From: Heteronotia binoei
Taxonomy: Eukaryota
Reading direction: 5' to 3'
NCBI RefSeq assembly: GCF_032191835.1
Contig: NC_083237.1
Location: forward strand, 66,464,001-66,528,000
Length of the DNA stretch: 64,000 nt
Shown: positions 58,036 through 64,000 of the stretch, in pieces
Layout: every line of letters begins with the position of its first letter
How positions within the stretch are numbered: the stretch's first letter is position 1
Made by a program: the position numbers and the translations under genes
Notes under the pieces: model-generated
What the model saw: the letters and a program-made list of their open reading frames with translations, nothing else
What the model was told of the DNA's origin: nothing
Databases searched by the model: none

Positions 58036-58203
58036 ATCACCCAGGAGAGGAGAGGAGAGGCCCTGCATCTCTCGGCTGCCCACAGCCTCCTGGGCTTTGC
58101 TCTTCCCATCTTTGTGCAGGAGGGTCTCCACATGTTGGACGATGTCATGGATTCGTCGGATGAATCCATCCTGCTCTGATTTCAGGATAAACTCCTTGGC
58201 AAC
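58036..58203 (-). CDS. WNK4: WNK4 exon 12 (VAKEFILKSEQDGFIRRIHDIVQHVETLLHKDG...LLGD)
   Basis: 168 nt; CAG acceptor, GTGAGT donor. Confidence 0.9.
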
Positions 58204-58257
58204 CTGGGGGTGACAGGAATGGAGTGTACATATGTTGGGGGGAAGAGTCAAAACAGA

Positions 58258-58483
58258 ACTGGGGTCCACTTCTGCCGCAGCCCCTCACCTCTTCCCCAAC
58301 CCTCACAGGCTTACCATGACAGCGGCAATCTCCTCGGCACTGTCCCCATCCAGGTCAAACTTAAAGGTGACTGGGGTCCACTTCTGCCGCAGCCCCTCAC
58401 CTCTTCCCCAACCCTCACAGGCTTACCATGACAGCGGCAATCTCCTCGGCACTGTCCCCATCCAGGTCAAACTTAAAGGTGAC
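58258..58483. repeat. Perfect 112-bp tandem duplication spanning WNK4 exon 11 3' half and splice donor
   Basis: 58258-58369 is identical to 58370-58481; 2-bp AC microhomology at the ends. Confidence 0.95.
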
Positions 58484-58543
58484 CATCTTGCTGTTGTAAG
58501 TTTGGAGTTGGCACTCAACCACACGATCGTTTTGGTTTGAGAA
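58427..58543 (-). CDS. WNK4: WNK4 exon 11 ([39 protein letters not shown])
   Basis: 117 nt; CAG acceptor, GTAAGC donor. Its 3' half and donor are duplicated immediately downstream. Confidence 0.93.
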
Positions 58544-59366
58544 CTGCACACAGGAAAGAGTTGAAATTAGGGTGGCAAGTGGACAGGTGACTCAACTTGG
58601 CTGAATCAGCAGCAAAAGATAAGTAAAGACATCAGGATTTGGGACTCCTGAAGGGCATACAGCCACAAAGATGGAACTCTCTTCCATTAATCCAGTGGAT
58701 GAACAGAGAGGACCTTTCATTAAAATATTTATTATTTATTTACTTCATTTATACCTTGCTTTCCCTCCCAATGGAGGCTCAAAGCGGTTTTCATTGTTCT
58801 CTTCTTCATTTTATCCTCCAACAGGTTAGGCTGAGAGAGACCGACTACAAGGCACAAGGGGTCACCCACCAAGGCCTTTCAGGGCAGAGGGGGGATTCGA
58901 ACTTGGATCTCCCAGATCCTAGTCTGATACTCTAACCACTCCACAACACTGAGTCTCCAGAGGTAGCCAATGATTTGTCTTGAAGCCTAAAAATATTATG
59001 GCTCTCCTTTAAAAGCAATTATTACAGAAGTAACAGAACTTGTTTAAAGCATACGTTTATATTCTAAAAGCAGGGTTTTCCACAGAACTAATGAGTCTTG
59101 AACTTGTTTTGTTTTAAAGTCTTCCCTCCACCCCAGTTCAAGCGATATGCTCTAACAGGGAATATTCTATATCCTTAAGCATCGTGCAAAAAAACAATCT
59201 TTGTGACAGCCTTTCCTTTTAACATCAAGAGTTCGTTCAACTTGTCGGCTGCCCAAATCTGAACAGCTGCCTCATGCTTAAATGAAAGTCATTCACCTAA
59301 TTCAAAGAAACCCGACCCTTGGATAGCCCTCGTCTCCTCAGGAGCCCACAGAGATGATTCATATGA

Positions 59367-59578
59367 AGGGGAGGGACGGTGGCTCAGTGGTAGAGCATCT
59401 GCTTGGGAAGCAGAAGGTCCCAGGTTCAATCCCTGGCATCTCCAAAAAAGGGTCCAGGCAAATAGGTGTGAAAAACCTCAGCTTGAGACCCTGGAGAGCC
59501 GCTGCCAGTCTGAGAAGACAATACTGACTTCGATGGACCAAGGGTCTGATTCAGTATAAGGCAGCTTCATATGTTCAT
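59367..59578 (+). mobile_element. Solitary tRNA(Ala)-derived SINE, same family as the 10657-11557 array
   Basis: Near-identical to array units 1 and 5. Confidence 0.88.
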
Positions 59579-59654
59579 CAGTTCCCACTAATTAGGGCTC
59601 ATGTGAGCGTGTGCGCAGAAACCACAAAGCTGTCGCAACATGGAGGGCACTCAC

Positions 59655-59799
59655 ATTTGTGATGCGTAAGCGAGAACGAGCACGTCGTCTCAGCAGCCTC
59701 CCAGACCCCCGTTTGACCGAAGGCTTCATCACTCTGCATTCTCCAGCAGACAGACCTTCACAGCCGTCACTCAATCCAGATGCCACATCTGATGGGTAG
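59655..59799 (-). CDS. WNK4: WNK4 exon 10 (YPSDVASGLSDGCEG...RRRARSRLRITN)
   Basis: 145 nt; CAG acceptor, GTGAGT donor. Confidence 0.93.
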
Positions 59800-59989
59800 C
59801 TGTTTCAAAGGCATCAGAGCATTACGAACAGAAGGAGAGCCCTGCTGTACACAGACCTGTTTCAGAGTGGCCAACCAGTTGCCCTTCAGGGCCACCAAAC
59901 AGGACTCACAGGTCAAGCCCCCCCCTCCCCCCCCCCCAGCACTGCATCCTTGCACCAGGTTTCAGAGGTTTACTGCCTCAAAATGTGGA

Positions 59990-60650
59990 ACTAGAAGCCA
60001 TGGAAAGTCCTCCATTCATCTTTCTAACCCTCTTTTAAAGCTGTCTATGCTTGCGACCATCGCTATGTCCATTGGCAGTAGACTCTGCAATTTCATTACT
60101 TGGCGAGTAAAAAAGTATTTCTGTCCTTTCGTTTGTCCTAAATCTACTGCTCATCAGCTTCCTTGGGTTCCAGTACTATGGCAGAGGGGAAAAAAACAAT
60201 CCTCTCCCTCCACTCCATGCATAATTTTATAATCCTCTGTCATGTTTCCCCATCAGCCATCTTTCTCTAGATTGAAATTTCCAGATTTTCCAGCCTTTCC
60301 TCATAGAAAAGGTTCCCTGATCATCTTGAGTCTCTTCCTTTGTACTTTTCCAGCTCTGCAATACCCTTTTTGAGATATGGAGTCCAGAATTACATGAAGT
60401 CAGGGCCAGATCAAAGGGGGGGGGGGGAAGGCAGAAGGAGGTGCTTGACCCTGGGTGCCAAATTGGGTATGGAGTCCATTGTATTCTATGGGACCATAAG
60501 ATATAATGGCCCATAAGGGGGGCGCCATTTTTTAATTTTGCCACCCCTCAAAAAACACGTAGATCCGGTCCTGCATGAAGTACAGACAGTATCCCAAATG
60601 AGGCTGCACCATAGCTTTTATAATATAGACTGTTTTGTTTTCAATTCTTT
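59990..60650 (-). mobile_element. CR1 fragment interrupted by a hAT MITE
   Basis: CR1 RT C-terminal remnant continues on both sides of 60401-60573. Confidence 0.65.
60401..60573. mobile_element. hAT MITE (CAGGGCCAGATC / GATCCGGTCCTG termini)
   Basis: Perfect 8-bp TSD CATGAAGT at 60393-60400 and 60574-60581. Confidence 0.85.
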
Positions 60651-60716
60651 TCTTAATAACGTCCAGCAAAGAATAATAGAATCATAGAGTTGGAAGGGAC
60701 CTCTAACCTTCTCCTC

Positions 60717-61121
60717 AACCTCTCCTTGTTGTCCCCGGGCCAAAGGAAGCCCGTTTGAAATCTACGAGGGATAGGGCCTTTTCCGTAATGGCCCCTTCCT
60801 GGTGGAACCAGCTGCCAGAAGAGGTAAGGGCCCTGCGGGATCTTGCTCAATTCCGCAGGGCCTGTAAGACAGCCCTCATCCGGCTGGCTTACAACTAACC
60901 GGCACTGAAATTTGAAATCGAGTGTAGTTTTATAAGATTGCTGTATGTTTTAATATTTTAGTTAAGTAAATTGTGTGAATTGTTTAAATTTTAATCATGT
61001 AAACTGTACGAAATGTTTAAACTTTTATATTTTTATGTTAGATTTTATATGCTGTAAGCTGCCCTGAGCCACTTGGTGGGAAGGGCAGGATACAAACTAC
61101 AAATAAATAAATAAAATAAAT
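60717..61121 (+). mobile_element. L2 LINE 3' fragment inserted among CR1 3'-end pieces (about 60670-61430)
   Basis: WWNQLPEEVRALRDLAQFRRACKTAL remnant; (AAAT)n tail. Confidence 0.82.
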
Positions 61122-61583
61122 AACTCTCTGCACAATGCAGGAAACGCACAAATACCTCCTCCTAAATTCACAGGGTCTTCATTGCTGCCAGATGGCCATC
61201 TAGCCTCTGTTTAAAAACCTCCAAGGAAGGAGAGCCCACCACCTCCCGAGGAAGCCTGTTCCACTGAGGAATCGCTCTAACGGTCAGGAAGTTCTTCCTA
61301 ATGTTGAGCCAGAAACTCTTTTGATTTGATTTAAGATCCTGTGAATATAGGGGGAGGTATTTGTGAGTTTCCTGCATTGTGCAGGGGGTTGGACTAGATT
61401 ACCCTGGAGGTCCCTTCCATGATTCTATGAAAGTGGCCAGAAACATCCCACTTTCTTCAGTCACCCAAGTGTGTTTGTGTGGATGAAAATTCATGCGCCA
61501 CCGCACAATCTACTCATTTCAAGCATCCTTGGGTATGTCATGCCAATAAACCCCATTGCCAACTCCAGCCCCACTCTTTTTAC

Positions 61584-61642
61584 CTGTCCAAGGGGGAAGA
61601 GAAGTCACTAGTGGAGACAGGGTGCAGGCTCACTGCAATGCT
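61584..61642 (-). CDS. WNK4: WNK4 exon 9 (SIAVSLHPVSTSDFSSPLD/S)
   Basis: 59 nt; CAG acceptor, GTAAAA donor; phase and size match the recalled human exon. Confidence 0.88.
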
Positions 61643-61752
61643 CTGTGGAGATAAAGAAGAAGGGCCTGTTCTAACACTCCCCAGCTCCGGGCACCAGGGT
61701 AGGGGAATCCTCTCACATCATAGCTTGCTCCAGAAAGAGCACTTGGACTCAC

Positions 61753-61862
61753 AGAAGTGAAGGAGGGCTCCGGGGCAGCTACTGGGCTGGGGAGACTCTG
61801 GGGGACATCAGGCAAGTCCACAAATCCAGAGGAACTGAGGTAGCCATCAGTCTCACAGTCCG
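61753..61862 (-). CDS. WNK4: WNK4 exon 8 (S/DCETDGYLSSSGFVD...PSFTS)
   Basis: 110 nt; CAG acceptor, GTGAGT donor. Confidence 0.92.
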
Positions 61863-62304
61863 CTGAAGCAGCAACAGAGAAGAAGGTCAGAAAGTGAAAT
61901 GGGAGGCCACAGAATCCTCTCTGCAGCTCACTGCAAACTGAGTCCCACCATCCCAGCAAGTTTCCTTCAGGGATCCGTAGTTTTAAAATGGCAAAGAAGT
62001 TGATCTAGGACATCAGGCTTCCACTAGCCATGGAGAAAGGCAAAACGCTGGCTAGCCTCTGACTTCAGGAAGGTCAGGGTGTCCCTAAGTTATAAGGAGT
62101 GTTGCCTACACTTCACCCAGTTTCACAAGAGTGGCTAATCTAATTTGGAAATTCATGTGCTCTCCTCAAGGTGATCAAACTCCACAGCCTATACAAATAT
62201 TGTGTGGTGACACTCTGGGAATATGCACCAGCTTATGGTATCTAGCTGCTGTTCCCAGGGGGCAGCGAGTGAGGGGATCTGGGAGGAAAGAAGAGGGAAC
62301 ATAC

Positions 62305-62641
62305 ATGTGGCAGAAGAATAGCCATGCCGGTACAGGAAGGGCTGGTGTTGGTCAACCTCAGGTTCTTCTGGCTCTGGAGGGAAAGTTGACCCAAGTGCCG
62401 AATCCCGGGATCCAGGTGTTGTAGGTGTGGAGGCCTGGGTGGGGCTGAGAAGGGGGGAGGAGCCAAGCTCCAGCAGATGTAGGATATTTGGAGGGGGTGT
62501 GGAGAACACCATCTCCTGTCTCTTCTGCTCCTCCTGAGCCCGCCTGGCCTTCTCCCGCTGGCGCTTGATAGAAAGGACCCTCTCACGAACTGCTCTGGCC
62601 ACCAGTTTGTAGTCTGCCTCACAAACAAAGCCCAGCGTTAC
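62305..62641 (-). CDS. WNK4: WNK4 exon 7 ([22 protein letters not shown]...[11 protein letters not shown]...YSSAT/S)
   Basis: 337 nt; CAG acceptor, GTATGT donor; KLHL3-binding acidic motif at 62374-62342. Confidence 0.94.
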
Positions 62642-64000
62642 CTGTTGAGAGGGGAGATGGAGTGGAAAGGAGCAGAGCTGCCTCCTTCTCAGTTCACTGA
62701 GTTCCCCACCCCCACCCCCACCCAGCAGCTAGTTGCAGGGCCCTTCAAAGCACGGGCTGTGTTCTTCTCCCTTGGCCAAGACCAGGCTGGTGAATCAGAA
62801 GGTGTGTGGGCTGCCCACTCTGGGCTGGGCTGGGCTGAGGAGGAGAGGAGAGGGGCCTCAGCAGGTCATAAGGCCATATAGGCCACTTTCCAAAGCAGCC
62901 CTTTTCTTCAGAGAAATTAATCTTAATCATCTGGAGATCAACTGTGATAGCAGGAGATCTCCAGGTACCACCTGGAGGTTGGCAGCCTGGCCTACTCTGG
63001 GAACCCAAAGTTGCCAGCAAAACACTTCTGCGCTCACCCTCCCCCCACCCCATTATTAGTATAATCTACCTATTATTTATTTCCTAATCTTATTTCCTGT
63101 TTGCAACCACAGCTGCTTAAAGACAACAGGTAAGGAGCCACACTCTGTGGCATTTTAAGAGGAAGGGCTGGATCAGCCAGGCTGGCAACCGAACCACTCC
63201 TTTGGCCTGGGCACCAGCAGCTGAGACGACACAGCACTGTGCCTCCATTCACATTCAAAGCTCCATCACAAAGAAGACCTGGGGAAAGGGCGTTGCTCTC
63301 TCCCCCCTTCGATTGACCCTCACAAAAGCTCCGTGAGGTGTCTTGGGGGGAGAGGGGAGTACATATCTGGCCCAAGGTCACTCAGCAAGCTTTCATGGCA
63401 GGGTGGAAATTTGAACCAGAGTCTCCCACATCCATCACTCTAACTTTTCCCTTCAACCATCGAAGCTCGCAGGTATCTAATATCAAGCAGCAGAAAAATT
63501 CCAGATATTCTAGCTGGAGTCGAGATAAAAGGACTGGTACATATAGAACTACGTCCAATGTAATTTTCAGCTCATTGTCTTTAAGCAAGAAGAGAACAGT
63601 TTGCAGAGAGTAGGGAGCAGGCCCACAGCTACAGCAGGGCCATTTGGGGGCCATGCCCCCTCGGGTGTGAGCCGTACCCCACCACCCCTGCCCCACGCCT
63701 TGCCCAAAAGACCAGCTTGTGCAGGAGCACCACAGGCCACATGATTGCGGCGCATGACTCCCCACTGCAGAGAGGCCGGCCAACCTACCTGCCTGCCTGA
63801 TCTGCCCACGCCTCAGACACCTACTTGGCTCACCTGCCTGCTGAAGAGCCTCGCATTTGTTCACAAGGCTGGAGCGTGCTTTCTTTTCTTTCTTAAAGGA
63901 TGTTTGTGTGTGGAGAGGGCTTCAGCTGAAGTTCCCCACTCCCTTGTCCCAGCACCCAAAAGGGTTGCTTAACAGGAGCGTAACAGAGGGTTCCTGCACT

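Larger units (their letters stand above)
46316..62641 (-). other. WNK4: WNK4 gene, 3' portion (13 exons, about exons 7-19 by human numbering); kinase exons lie beyond the window end
   Basis: Acidic degron [24 protein letters not shown], second CCT-like domain, RFxV motif (GRFRV), C-terminal coiled coil, RRxS sites and KGVTF motif; syntenic next to COA3. Confidence 0.95.

Noticed and set aside
58315-58426. Duplicated WNK4 half-exon spliced as a separate exon through the junction CCCCAG
   Set aside because: Needs a 56-nt intron with no pyrimidine tract and would shift the frame.
63382-63864. 160-aa ORF as WNK4 exon 6
   Set aside because: Does not encode the expected ...EEVAQEM sequence in any frame I checked; exon 6 probably lies outside the window.

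Overview
Vertebrate genomic DNA from a squamate reptile, most likely a gecko (inferred from Squam3-type and Sauria-type SINEs). It holds the gene block PSME3(-), BECN1(+), CNTD1(-), COA3(+), WNK4(-), in the order and orientation I recall for human 17q21.31, read in reverse. I reconstructed the exons by hand and all reading phases are consistent: PSME3 11 coding exons/254 aa, BECN1 11/448 aa, CNTD1 7/305 aa, COA3 2/98 aa, plus the last 13 exons of WNK4, whose kinase exons lie beyond the window. PSME3/BECN1 and CNTD1/COA3 are head-to-head on CpG islands. Introns and the COA3-WNK4 gap are rich in L2, CR1 and Penelope-like retroelements, three SINE families and several hAT MITE families with intact 8-bp target-site duplications. 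Main points of interest: (1) minimal hammerhead ribozyme motifs in Penelope-like insertions in WNK4 introns, one intact and sense to the pre-mRNA; (2) a perfect 112-bp tandem duplication copying half of a WNK4 exon and its splice donor; (3) a 9-bp element containing poly(A) signals on both strands between BECN1 and CNTD1; (4) a five-unit tRNA-derived SINE array with no Pol III terminator until it has crossed PSME3 exon 1; (5) a 13-codon alternative PSME3 acceptor; (6) a U12-type intron in COA3 and a GC-AG intron in BECN1. Homology calls rest on recalled sequences, and repeat boundaries are approximate unless a target-site duplication is given. No database search was run.
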